IMG/VR virus record: IMGVR_UViG_3300017766_003568
Span: 1 to 29,017 of that record
Strand: one strand, 5' to 3'
Length of the DNA stretch: 29,017 nt
Origin: a virus
Lineage: Duplodnaviria; Caudoviricetes
Shown one piece after another: positions 17,548-26,518 of the stretch. Under the pieces are notes generated by a model. That model was not told the DNA's origin. It was given only the letters and a program-made list of their open reading frames with translations, and did no database searches. Every line of letters starts with the position of its first letter. The first letter of the stretch is position 1. Both the position numbers and the translations under genes were made by a program.

Positions 17548-20483
17548 TTAAGGGAAAAGTAGAAATAATAAAAGATTACGGCACTCCAAAAGAGCAAATC
17601 GTATACGCTGACAACAACATGATTGTTGACGGTGCTGGAGAAATTATATCCAATATGATGACTTTGCCTCCTGATGGTGGTAATATTAGTTCTGCTTCTT
17701 CAATCTACGATGTTTCTAACTTTACTATCAAAGCAGTATCTTTTGGTAAAGCCCCGTTACATTATTATTACAACGCGCATCAAAATTCAGGGCCAGCTAA
17801 ATATGCAAGAGAAGCATCAGGCCAAATTTGGGTTTCCTCTAACGCTGTATCAGGAGCATCTTCTTATACTCCAGCGTATTATTTACCTGATGCACCAATT
17901 CCAACAGATCGGTATTTAGTTAATTTTGAAGGTATAACATTACCCGAAGAAGTTGTAGAGACAATTGTACAGACGATAATAGATTATATTAATACTAGTG
18001 GGTTGGCTTTAGGTTGGGGCGAATATTCTACTTATCCTCAATATAAAATACCTAGTAATTTAAGTAGTATATCATCTATAGCAGCAGGATATAATCATTT
18101 TGTAGCTTTAACTTCTGGAGGACAAGTTTCTTGTTGGGGAGGGTCTAATAATTACGGAGAATTAAGTAAACCTACTTTGCCTGTATGCAGTGCAGTAGGA
18201 GCATCCAAACAAGTATCGTTTGCAATATCTCAAACGGGAGATCTTTATTCTTGGGGATTAAGTAGTTTATTAAATTATCCCCTTAGTTATACAACATCAG
18301 TTTCTGCGGTTACTGGAGGGGACCTTTTTTTCGTTGTTCAAAAAAATGATGGAACAGTATCAGCTTGGTCAAATTTTACCACCTTCGATCCACCACAAGG
18401 GATTCAAGGTCGTGTAACAAAAATAAAATCAAATTGGCCGTCTAATCATGCTGTAGCAATTTTAGATGATCAAACTGTATCTGGCTGGCTCCTTAGATCC
18501 AGTATGACAATTGATCAAGGACAAGTTAATTTTGAACCAATTACAGAGGCAACAGAAAAAACTGCAACAAAATTATCTAATCGAGTATCTAACCTTAATT
18601 TTGCTATTTATCACAATTATGCTATAAGTTCTGGAGTTCCTTTTGGGTGGAAATCAAGTACGACTAATTCTTTGTATGATTATTTAAACACACCAAACAT
18701 AAGTAATGCAAAAAAAATAGCTGTTCGTGGTGGACTATGTACAATTTGTGTTAACACAGATGGTACTGTTTCTGGATGGGGTAATAATTCTTCAGGTGTT
18801 TTGAATTTTAGCTCAGTTGGTTTAAATAATATTACAGATTTAGACCTTAATGATAGTACAAGCGACCCAACAGTTGTATTTATAACTTCTACTCTTCATG
18901 CTAGTAGCTATGGTGGATCGTTAATTATTCCAACAGCATTACAGGGACAAATATCCTCTATTAGTATTGGTAAAGGGATTGCCTTATATTTAACATCTGC
19001 TGGGTATGTTAGTGCTAAATCATTTCTTGGTAATGATACGGGTGCTGTTACTTCTGTGAATGTTATTCCCTCTGGTCTTCAAGGTAGTTGTATTGCAATT
19101 TCCATGGTGGATAGAATTTCAGGTACCACACATAGATCTGCCATGGGATTAAAGAAGGATGGTACAGTGTATCGTTGGGGATTTAATGGATCCTTTGTTC
19201 CTACAGGATTAAGTTCAGTTTCTGCTATTGCAGAGGGGTTTACTCGTTCTATAGCTTTAAAAAATAATGGTGTAGTTTCGGCTTGGAGTTGGGGAGGTCA
19301 AACTTTTGCTGTGCCTTCCGCATTACAAGGTAGTTGTATAGACATATCCACATATGGTACTTATTTTTTAGGATTAAGATCAGATGGAAAAATATTCCAT
19401 TGGTTTGAAAATGATCCACCACCTACTAATATCCCTATAACAACTATTCCATCCACAATATATTATCAACCAGCACCAACAAATGTTATTGATGTTGCTA
19501 CCGGAAGGTATCATACATTAATATTGCAATCAGATGGTACAGTTTCTGCATATGGAAGAAATGTAGAAGGCCAATGTAATGTTCCCCCTTTTGTTCAAGG
19601 ACTAACAACTAAAGTAGCTGCAAATGAATATCAGAGTTTTGCAGTTTTAAATGATGGACGAATTTGGGGATGGGGTCTTCTAGATTCTAATCCCGGTAAT
19701 TTACTAGCAATACCAGATAATGAAGGTGGGGCAAGAAGATTTTATGATTTAGCTGTAAATTATAATAATGCTGTTGGCCTTTATGCTTCCACCATTCCAT
19801 ATTATTATACCACGACTTCTACACCAGAACAAGAAGACAATACCTCCTTTTATAACAGTGAAAACTATAGACAAAATGTTAATTTGATACCATTCAAAAA
19901 TACTGTTGTAAATAAAATAAATGTAATAAATCAAGTAATTGATGTAATTCCTTCAACTGTTGGTGCGTTATTAGACGGGGCATATGCACCCTCAGGAGGC
20001 ATAACAGTTAGGTTAGTTAGCGGTATTGAGCCTTATACAAATGTAGTGAGCGCGTCGTTGTCTGGAACATTTAATACCGTGGGGTCGATGGATTTCAGAG
20101 GATATGTTAATACAACTAGTGGAACTAACCCCTTATCAGGATTGGTTACTTCCTCTGTAAATGTTTCAAGTAATGGAGAGTTAATTTATATTGTCACCAT
20201 AGATTCTGATGATTGTGCTATGGCTAATTTGTATGGTGGAATAACTCAAATGGGACTTTGGACATATGACCTTCCTGCAAATTTAAATTCTGGGTTTAAT
20301 CCGCCTTACACTTTCCGAAGATATCCGGAAGAAACAGGCACATATACGCAACCTCTAAAATATAAACTTTTTGCTAAAAAAGTGTTCAATGAAAATATAG
20401 TTAAAATTAAAGATGTAACAACTAATGCTGGTCTTTTAAATCATCAAAACTTAACAATTCGATGGAGATTGTATTTCATATAA
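17544..20483 (+). CDS. Tail-collar/baseplate-type protein carrying an internal RCC1/BLIP-II beta-propeller repeat region
   Basis: The N-terminus (KGKVEI...DNNMIVDGAG) and C-terminus (ITQMGLW...LFAKKVF...LTIRWRLYF) parallel the next gene. The centre holds repeats such as IAAGYNHFVALTSGGQVSCWG and VATGRYHTLILQSDGTVSAYGRNVEGQCNVP. Confidence 0.8.
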   Translation: MIKGKVEIIKDYGTPKEQIVYADNNMIVDGAGEIISNMMTLPPDGGNISSASSIYDVSNFTIKAVSFGKAPLHYYYNAHQNSGPAKYAREASGQIWVSSNAVSGASSYTPAYYLPDAPIPTDRYLVNFEGITLPEEVVETIVQTIIDYINTSGLALGWGEYSTYPQYKIPSNLSSISSIAAGYNHFVALTSGGQVSCWGGSNNYGELSKPTLPVCSAVGASKQVSFAISQTGDLYSWGLSSLLNYPLSYTTSVSAVTGGDLFFVVQKNDGTVSAWSNFTTFDPPQGIQGRVTKIKSNWPSNHAVAILDDQTVSGWLLRSSMTIDQGQVNFEPITEATEKTATKLSNRVSNLNFAIYHNYAISSGVPFGWKSSTTNSLYDYLNTPNISNAKKIAVRGGLCTICVNTDGTVSGWGNNSSGVLNFSSVGLNNITDLDLNDSTSDPTVVFITSTLHASSYGGSLIIPTALQGQISSISIGKGIALYLTSAGYVSAKSFLGNDTGAVTSVNVIPSGLQGSCIAISMVDRISGTTHRSAMGLKKDGTVYRWGFNGSFVPTGLSSVSAIAEGFTRSIALKNNGVVSAWSWGGQTFAVPSALQGSCIDISTYGTYFLGLRSDGKIFHWFENDPPPTNIPITTIPSTIYYQPAPTNVIDVATGRYHTLILQSDGTVSAYGRNVEGQCNVPPFVQGLTTKVAANEYQSFAVLNDGRIWGWGLLDSNPGNLLAIPDNEGGARRFYDLAVNYNNAVGLYASTIPYYYTTTSTPEQEDNTSFYNSENYRQNVNLIPFKNTVVNKINVINQVIDVIPSTVGALLDGAYAPSGGITVRLVSGIEPYTNVVSASLSGTFNTVGSMDFRGYVNTTSGTNPLSGLVTSSVNVSSNGELIYIVTIDSDDCAMANLYGGITQMGLWTYDLPANLNSGFNPPYTFRRYPEETGTYTQPLKYKLFAKKVFNENIVKIKDVTTNAGLLNHQNLTIRWRLYFI
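18000..19790 (+). repeat. About 14 degenerate RCC1/BLIP-II-like protein repeats
   Basis: Roughly 40 aa period ending in GxVxxW(G). An exact nucleotide repeat CAAGGTAGTTGTAT occurs at 19080-19093 and 19326-19339. Confidence 0.8.
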
Positions 20484-20512
20484 AATTAAGTTAGGAAATA
20501 TATACTATTAGT

Positions 20513-21091
20513 ATGGCAAATCAAGACACATATAATCCAAGAGGACACCTAGAAATAGTACGCATTTGGAATAATGGTACTGAAGAAACCATATTTTCTG
20601 AAAAGAATACAATCGTTTCTGGCATGGGGGTAGGGCTATCCTATATGTTCGCTGCTTCAGCACAACGATCAATTAAGGATTTTCAAATAGGTAGATTCCA
20701 AGTCGGAACAAGTAGCCATGCTACATATGGCGCATCTACTGTTAAATTAGCATCAGCTTTAACTGTAGCTCAGTATGGTGCTAATCCAGATATAGTAGTA
20801 TCTTCTTTAGATCAGGTAGTTAATGGTGTTAAACAGACAAGCAGCGCATTTGGTATAATACCCTTTAATTTAGTTAGACGGGTAGATAAAACATCTGTTC
20901 AGTTTGGTTTATTGTTAGGTCCTAATACATCTAATTTATCCGCTCCATTAAAAGAAATTGGTTTATTTATGAATAATCCTTTCGGTTATTCACCCATTCC
21001 ATCACCAATATTAGTAGCATACAAAACTTATTCTCCGGTTGAAAAGACCGATCAGTTCTCTTTATTATTTAAGTGGACAATAACATTCTGA
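20513..21091 (+). CDS. Tail-collar/fibre-attachment-like baseplate protein (192 aa)
   Basis: RGHLEI...KNTIVSGMG...FQVGT...LKEIGLF...LVAYKTYSPVEKTDQFSLLFKWTITF follows the NxIV/EIGLF/W-terminal pattern of tail-collar-like domains. Confidence 0.65.
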   Translation: MANQDTYNPRGHLEIVRIWNNGTEETIFSEKNTIVSGMGVGLSYMFAASAQRSIKDFQIGRFQVGTSSHATYGASTVKLASALTVAQYGANPDIVVSSLDQVVNGVKQTSSAFGIIPFNLVRRVDKTSVQFGLLLGPNTSNLSAPLKEIGLFMNNPFGYSPIPSPILVAYKTYSPVEKTDQFSLLFKWTITF

Positions 21092-21099
21092 GGTAATAT

Positions 21100-24000
21100 A
21101 TGGCATTCATTCCCAATGATCTTTATTTAACTAGTGGTTCAGTAGGAATAATTAATTCTTGGACTCCTACCGTAACCAAATTTGATACATCCACTTTTTA
21201 TAATTGGGAGCAGGACAACGAACCTTTATATGATTTAGATGAGCGTACACAATATCTTTGGGAAAAATTAGGTTATCCAACTCAAGATGGTGCTTCTAGC
21301 ATAACTGGAAAAGTTTTTGTTGTTTCCGCAGATGCAGCTTTTCCTACAGGCGATTCTAATGGAATAATATTTAGGGATTTGAGCACCGTAATAAGCGTTC
21401 TCCCAAACCCAATAACTTACCCAATTATAATTGAAGTTGCTTCTTTCGGAGATCTAGGTGATTTAAATCTTAAAAACATAAAGATAGATGAATCCTGTGA
21501 AGGTGCTGGCCTTGAAATTATTAATAGAAACTTTGGTCGAACCCTTGCTGCAAGCGGGGCTATTTTTGATGGATCATACCCTGATTACTTTGTTAGCTCT
21601 ACAGATTTGTATAACACATTAACTACAACTAAATCTATTAGATTAAATACTAATGTAATTAGCGGAACATCGGATAGTAGATGGAGCAACAGCCGAGGAT
21701 TCTTAAGCCCAATAGGAATGGGCACTACTAATTATGGAATTGGTAATGTATATTTACATTTTAAAGGTGGTCTTGCAACTGATACTACAAATAAAGTAAG
21801 AGTTAATCTTTACACAAATTCTAATGATGCTACTATTGCAGATAATGATTTTACACAAGTAAGTTCCTATTCAACACTAGCGTTTGGAAATACTGCGTAT
21901 ACAAATACTGCGCCTGAATCTAAGTTTGAGCAAAATACAAAATGTTTTGCAGCCATATATGGTAATTTTTTAGGTAAGGTAAAAATAGAAAATTGCGGAG
22001 GTCCAATTTATATAAGAAATTTCTGCGTAGATGGTGCAAGATCAACTCAAAATGCAACTTTAGATTATTCTACGGATAGTGGTTTTGAAATAATAAATTC
22101 TAATGTTTATTTGGAGAATTGTTTTGCTATAAGATGCAATGACGCAGGATTTAATTTTTCAAATTCGGACATTAAAGTTCGACGCGGAATCTTTGGTATG
22201 AGGAATTATCCTATGCTATCTGATTCGGCTAGAGATACTAGTAAGTTAGGTGTAGGTCTTTTAGCTGTAAATTCTAAAATTACCGTAGAATCTCAAACTA
22301 ACCCCGTTTTAGTTTCTGGCATAGATATTCCAATTACATTCGGATATAATGATATAGGGATTAAACTAGTAAACAGTGACCTCTTAGGAGGAGACGGAAA
22401 AGAAATTGCAGGAACTTTAGCTAGTGAAACTGGTGTTGGGATGTTAACTGTAATAAACAACACTGATTGCGGTTTAGTGCTGGAGAATTCTGTGTATGAT
22501 TATGCAGGTATCACAAATGCCTTGCAGAACTACAATGGAATTCAAATTACGAATTCTATTGCAAAATTCCCTATGTTGAATGTTGCTTACTCTCAAAATG
22601 TTGGATTGTATGCAACGAATAGCAAAATAGTACAAAATCCAAAGGTAATAAAAATAATTAGCTCTGAAGCGTTTTCGGATAATGCCTCATTTGATATAGA
22701 GCAGATATATTTTGGAACTAACGGCCAACATTTAATATTAGACAATTCTGTGTTTACATACGAGAATAGCACAGATATGCCATCTAAATTTGGAACATCA
22801 TTGTTCCATTCATCTTTTGGGTGGAATGATATTAATGGTAGCATAACTCAAAAACCTGCGGTGGAAGTTGTAAATAATTCTTACGCTGAATTTGTGAATG
22901 CAAAAATTCAAGTGTTATCAAATGATTTTGTTCCGTATTCATTAGAATCATTCTATAGCGGTGGTGGACTTTTTGGAGCGTGCATACGGGTCGATAATAA
23001 CTCTAAAGCCAAATTAATTTCTTGTGTTACCGCACCCACAATCTTGTTAGGTCCAGATGGATCAGATAGAAAAGTTGCTGTAGCTTATGCAAATCAAAAT
23101 TCAGAAATAGAATTTAATGGTAATACTTTAATTGCTCAAGGTGGTGTAGATGTACTTGTTGATAATAATTCTACTGTACGATTTAATCCACATAAGACTA
23201 AATCAGGTTCTTTAGATGCGAGTTCTTGGTCTTTAGGCAATGGTAATAATCATACAAAAGTAGAACTTTTATCTACTAGATCTTGTTTAGTTGCTGATAA
23301 TAACTCTAATATTATTATGGAGCATTTAGGAGATGTTCATGCATTCTGGCCTGCATCTCAAACTAGTAGCATAGATTATAATCAATCAAATATTCATAAT
23401 GTGTCAGCATATACTTGTAGTGGTTACATGCAGTTCTACCCTAATGGACAAGATTCAGTGGCCGTAGATGGACAAGCTACTTATGGAAGATCTTTAGGTC
23501 TTTCCTATACTCAACCAAATGCGAGAGTTTACGCATCTGGATCACACGAATATTTCCTTGTAAATTATAAATCAGCTAATGCAAGCTCAGACATTGCTGG
23601 TTATTCTACAGGTGGAATGTGCGTAAGGGCTTTACACGGTAGTAAGGTTAAAGTTTTTAATGTTCATTTCCCCACAGCATGGCCTGTTTGTAATGGTCAA
23701 ATTTACGATGTATCATCATCACTTCATTGTGATAAATTAAGGATTTGGAATATATGTGACAATTCAGAATTAGAAGCTGCATATTGCGTAGTTAGTGGAC
23801 TATATCCATCTGCTGCTGGTTATAAAGGACCTAGTGCTGTATACCTATCTGGAGCGGGAATTATTGCTTCTGGAGCACCAAGCTCTACACCGGATACAGG
23901 AAGACTTAGTGTTCTTGATTGGTATGGGGCATCAGGAGCTAATACAGGAACAAATTATGGTGCGTTCAGATTGTACTTCTCACCAAATGGTAGAGCCAAA

Positions 24001-24390
24001 TTTTTAACTACTCTTAATTCTTCTACTTCTGATTCAGGACAAGTATATCAATTAATCTCTCAAGGATACAACCCATCATCTTATTGTAGTAGTGTATCTA
24101 ATAGTTTATCGTCAATATACAGTGATATAACATCATCTGCGTTCTATTATATATCAGCGATGATGGACAGTGGGTTTGCCACTAGAGTAAGACTAGATGA
24201 ATCTGCTGCCAACACATTTGCAAATGCAAAACATAATGCTATAGCTAAGTCTGGAAGAATCCCATTGACAACAATATACAGCTCGAAGTCTAGTTCTACA
24301 ATAGGATCTCAGGCTTATGATGCTCCAGAATACGGAAGAGGAAAAGGATTTAAATCATCTGAAATATTTGATTTGAGGAGAGATAACTGA
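21100..24390 (+). CDS. Tail fibre/spike-like protein with right-handed beta-helix
   Basis: N-terminal WEQDNEPLYDLDERTQYL resembles a fibre-attachment motif. Beta-helix-type repeats follow (GFEIINSNVYL, GFNFSNSDI, GLLAVNSKI, GIKLVNSDL, GLVLENS, GIQITNS, GLYATNSKI). GAGGT SD. Confidence 0.7.
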   Translation: MAFIPNDLYLTSGSVGIINSWTPTVTKFDTSTFYNWEQDNEPLYDLDERTQYLWEKLGYPTQDGASSITGKVFVVSADAAFPTGDSNGIIFRDLSTVISVLPNPITYPIIIEVASFGDLGDLNLKNIKIDESCEGAGLEIINRNFGRTLAASGAIFDGSYPDYFVSSTDLYNTLTTTKSIRLNTNVISGTSDSRWSNSRGFLSPIGMGTTNYGIGNVYLHFKGGLATDTTNKVRVNLYTNSNDATIADNDFTQVSSYSTLAFGNTAYTNTAPESKFEQNTKCFAAIYGNFLGKVKIENCGGPIYIRNFCVDGARSTQNATLDYSTDSGFEIINSNVYLENCFAIRCNDAGFNFSNSDIKVRRGIFGMRNYPMLSDSARDTSKLGVGLLAVNSKITVESQTNPVLVSGIDIPITFGYNDIGIKLVNSDLLGGDGKEIAGTLASETGVGMLTVINNTDCGLVLENSVYDYAGITNALQNYNGIQITNSIAKFPMLNVAYSQNVGLYATNSKIVQNPKVIKIISSEAFSDNASFDIEQIYFGTNGQHLILDNSVFTYENSTDMPSKFGTSLFHSSFGWNDINGSITQKPAVEVVNNSYAEFVNAKIQVLSNDFVPYSLESFYSGGGLFGACIRVDNNSKAKLISCVTAPTILLGPDGSDRKVAVAYANQNSEIEFNGNTLIAQGGVDVLVDNNSTVRFNPHKTKSGSLDASSWSLGNGNNHTKVELLSTRSCLVADNNSNIIMEHLGDVHAFWPASQTSSIDYNQSNIHNVSAYTCSGYMQFYPNGQDSVAVDGQATYGRSLGLSYTQPNARVYASGSHEYFLVNYKSANASSDIAGYSTGGMCVRALHGSKVKVFNVHFPTAWPVCNGQIYDVSSSLHCDKLRIWNICDNSELEAAYCVVSGLYPSAAGYKGPSAVYLSGAGIIASGAPSSTPDTGRLSVLDWYGASGANTGTNYGAFRLYFSPNGRAKFLTTLNSSTSDSGQVYQLISQGYNPSSYCSSVSNSLSSIYSDITSSAFYYISAMMDSGFATRVRLDESAANTFANAKHNAIAKSGRIPLTTIYSSKSSSTIGSQAYDAPEYGRGKGFKSSEIFDLRRDN

Positions 24391-26510
24391 TGACTACTTA
24401 TAAAGAAAGTGTTTATAAATTTACTGATCCGATTAGATATTTTAAGGAAAATGACCCTTATTATTGGGAGATAGATAATATTCCATTAAAACAATTACAG
24501 GAAAATGTTTTATGGATAAAAGATCAACTTAATTTAATTCCGCAAGAAGGAGACCAAGTTGATTTTGGCGTTAGTAGATCAGATATTAACGAATTAAAAC
24601 CTTTTGTTGATGGAACCGGATCTTTAATTTTTGTGAACCCCGGTAGATTTACAGCTAGAATAAATGATGCATACAATAAAACGCCACTACAAAAATTAAA
24701 TCAACTTACAGGAAATAGTGATTCTGTTAGTTCTTTATCTCAATTTAGAACTCAATATCAAGCGAATAACGCAACAACTGATTATGCTGCATTTTTAGTT
24801 GAACGATTGAGAAGCTCTTTTGCTGAATCTGCACTAAACATGAATGGATTGATTGAGAGGGTTCTTACTTGGGATCCTACTATTCAAACAGCAAATACTG
24901 TTGCGCCCCAAACATCAAACAGTTGGCCGATATTAGCTTTAGCTGACTCTGTAAAAAAGTTTGTTTCTTCTACTGTAAATAGAAATAGTCAAGTTCTAGC
25001 TAACGAGTTTGTTAAACAATTTAGGGGAGTCGCTAGAACTGCTGTTGTAGATGTTCCTAGTGCTTTAAGTATTGAAGTTCCTGCTTTTGATAGTAGAGAC
25101 TTTTTCTATCAAACAGATAATGGAACCACTCAATATATAGATGGTGCTACAATAAGAATAGATTTACTTTTTATTTACAGCAAACCAATAGATACTGCAA
25201 GCACTACCATAAATAAATGGCAAAATAATCAACCTACTACAATTTTTACACCTCAATTGGGTTTAGTGAAGGGAGCTGGCGTAGGCGTTAGATCTATTTT
25301 AGGAAACGGAAATCTTACCAAATATCAAAGCCCAAGAGATTCTGATGGTAATACTCAAATCATGGCGCATGTGGCCGATACTTCTATTCCTACTAATGGA
25401 TTTCAATCATTAAACATACATGGATCATTTCCAAGCCCTGATGATTTGATGAATTTAGCACCATCCATACAAGAAAAATTAGAATCGTCAGATCCTCGGC
25501 TAATTGGTCAAACAGTACTTCCAGTAGCGTATATCGTAGTTAAAAATAATTCTGCGGTTACAACAGACGGGAATCCAATTTTAACATCTGTAGACATAAT
25601 AGATATTCGCCCATTTTTCCGTACTACTGAATTGGCGTACAATGAGCGTGCAGGTATTTGTGCTGCTGTGCCTAGTTTGTCTTTAGCTAATCCAGTAGCA
25701 ACCGCATACAATTTAGAAAAAACAATTGAAGATTTTAGGACTTATGCAGATAATTCTTATGCTCCTATAGGAATAATTGAGGCTTCAAAAGTTGTAGCTG
25801 CTGGGTTTATTTATGGTGGAAAAGATTTTGGACCAGAAAAATACATCGCGCCTACAACAGCAAATGTTGGATGGGACTTATCTAAACATGCAGCAGATAA
25901 TATTCTTAACGAAGGTTTTTGGAGGCATATAGATATTGGATCTTATCAAGGTGGATTCCCCGGAGATTCTTACAATGGATTTTTTGGTGGATATAATTTA
26001 GAACATTCAACTGGATTACCTTTAGTTTGGAATAAAATAATATCTGTAACAGGAATTCAAACTAGTTTCTCTGATTATATAGTGGATGCTCAATTCCATA
26101 ATTGTGTCCCCAAAACAGGAAACGGTGTTCAGTATAATATTAGTGGAGAGGATAATGAATTATATGTAGTTGACTCAAAACATACAGGACTTTATATAAC
26201 TAAATTACCTTCTGAACCTAACACTATTAAATTTACAATTACGGTAGTGGCGACTTTAGCTAGAAGATCTAGAATAACCGATAGCACTATAATTACTATA
26301 AAAGAGTCACTTACTGAAAAAAAGGCTTCTTTGTTTATAACTAGAAATATGGCGTTTACTCAAGTTGATACTTCAACAGGTAAATTAGCTAATTCATTTT
26401 TAGATGTTATTCACCCAAGTGTACAATTTAAAGTTACTGTGTTAGGTAATACTGCGTATAGTTTTGGATCTTCTGATACAGGTGATGCTGAAATTCAATC
26501 TTATGTTTGA
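24390..26510 (+). CDS. Tail fibre-like structural protein
   Basis: N-terminal YYWEIDNIPLKQLQENVLWIKDQL parallels the previous gene. PVAYIVV...DIIDIRPFF resembles a fibre-shoulder motif. TGATG coupling with a GAGGAG SD. Confidence 0.62.
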   Translation: MTTYKESVYKFTDPIRYFKENDPYYWEIDNIPLKQLQENVLWIKDQLNLIPQEGDQVDFGVSRSDINELKPFVDGTGSLIFVNPGRFTARINDAYNKTPLQKLNQLTGNSDSVSSLSQFRTQYQANNATTDYAAFLVERLRSSFAESALNMNGLIERVLTWDPTIQTANTVAPQTSNSWPILALADSVKKFVSSTVNRNSQVLANEFVKQFRGVARTAVVDVPSALSIEVPAFDSRDFFYQTDNGTTQYIDGATIRIDLLFIYSKPIDTASTTINKWQNNQPTTIFTPQLGLVKGAGVGVRSILGNGNLTKYQSPRDSDGNTQIMAHVADTSIPTNGFQSLNIHGSFPSPDDLMNLAPSIQEKLESSDPRLIGQTVLPVAYIVVKNNSAVTTDGNPILTSVDIIDIRPFFRTTELAYNERAGICAAVPSLSLANPVATAYNLEKTIEDFRTYADNSYAPIGIIEASKVVAAGFIYGGKDFGPEKYIAPTTANVGWDLSKHAADNILNEGFWRHIDIGSYQGGFPGDSYNGFFGGYNLEHSTGLPLVWNKIISVTGIQTSFSDYIVDAQFHNCVPKTGNGVQYNISGEDNELYVVDSKHTGLYITKLPSEPNTIKFTITVVATLARRSRITDSTIITIKESLTEKKASLFITRNMAFTQVDTSTGKLANSFLDVIHPSVQFKVTVLGNTAYSFGSSDTGDAEIQSYV

Positions 26511-26518
26511 TTTTTTGA

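Noticed and set aside
17900-19830. Intein or intron as the explanation for the insertion in the 979 aa gene
   Set aside because: No intein splice motifs (C/S start, HN-C/S/T end), no homing endonuclease motif, and the frame is continuous and made of RCC1-like repeats.
18000-26510. Diversity-generating retroelement acting on the fibres or propellers
   Set aside because: There is no reverse transcriptase, no non-coding space for a template repeat, and I saw no long near-identical repeat pair differing at adenines.
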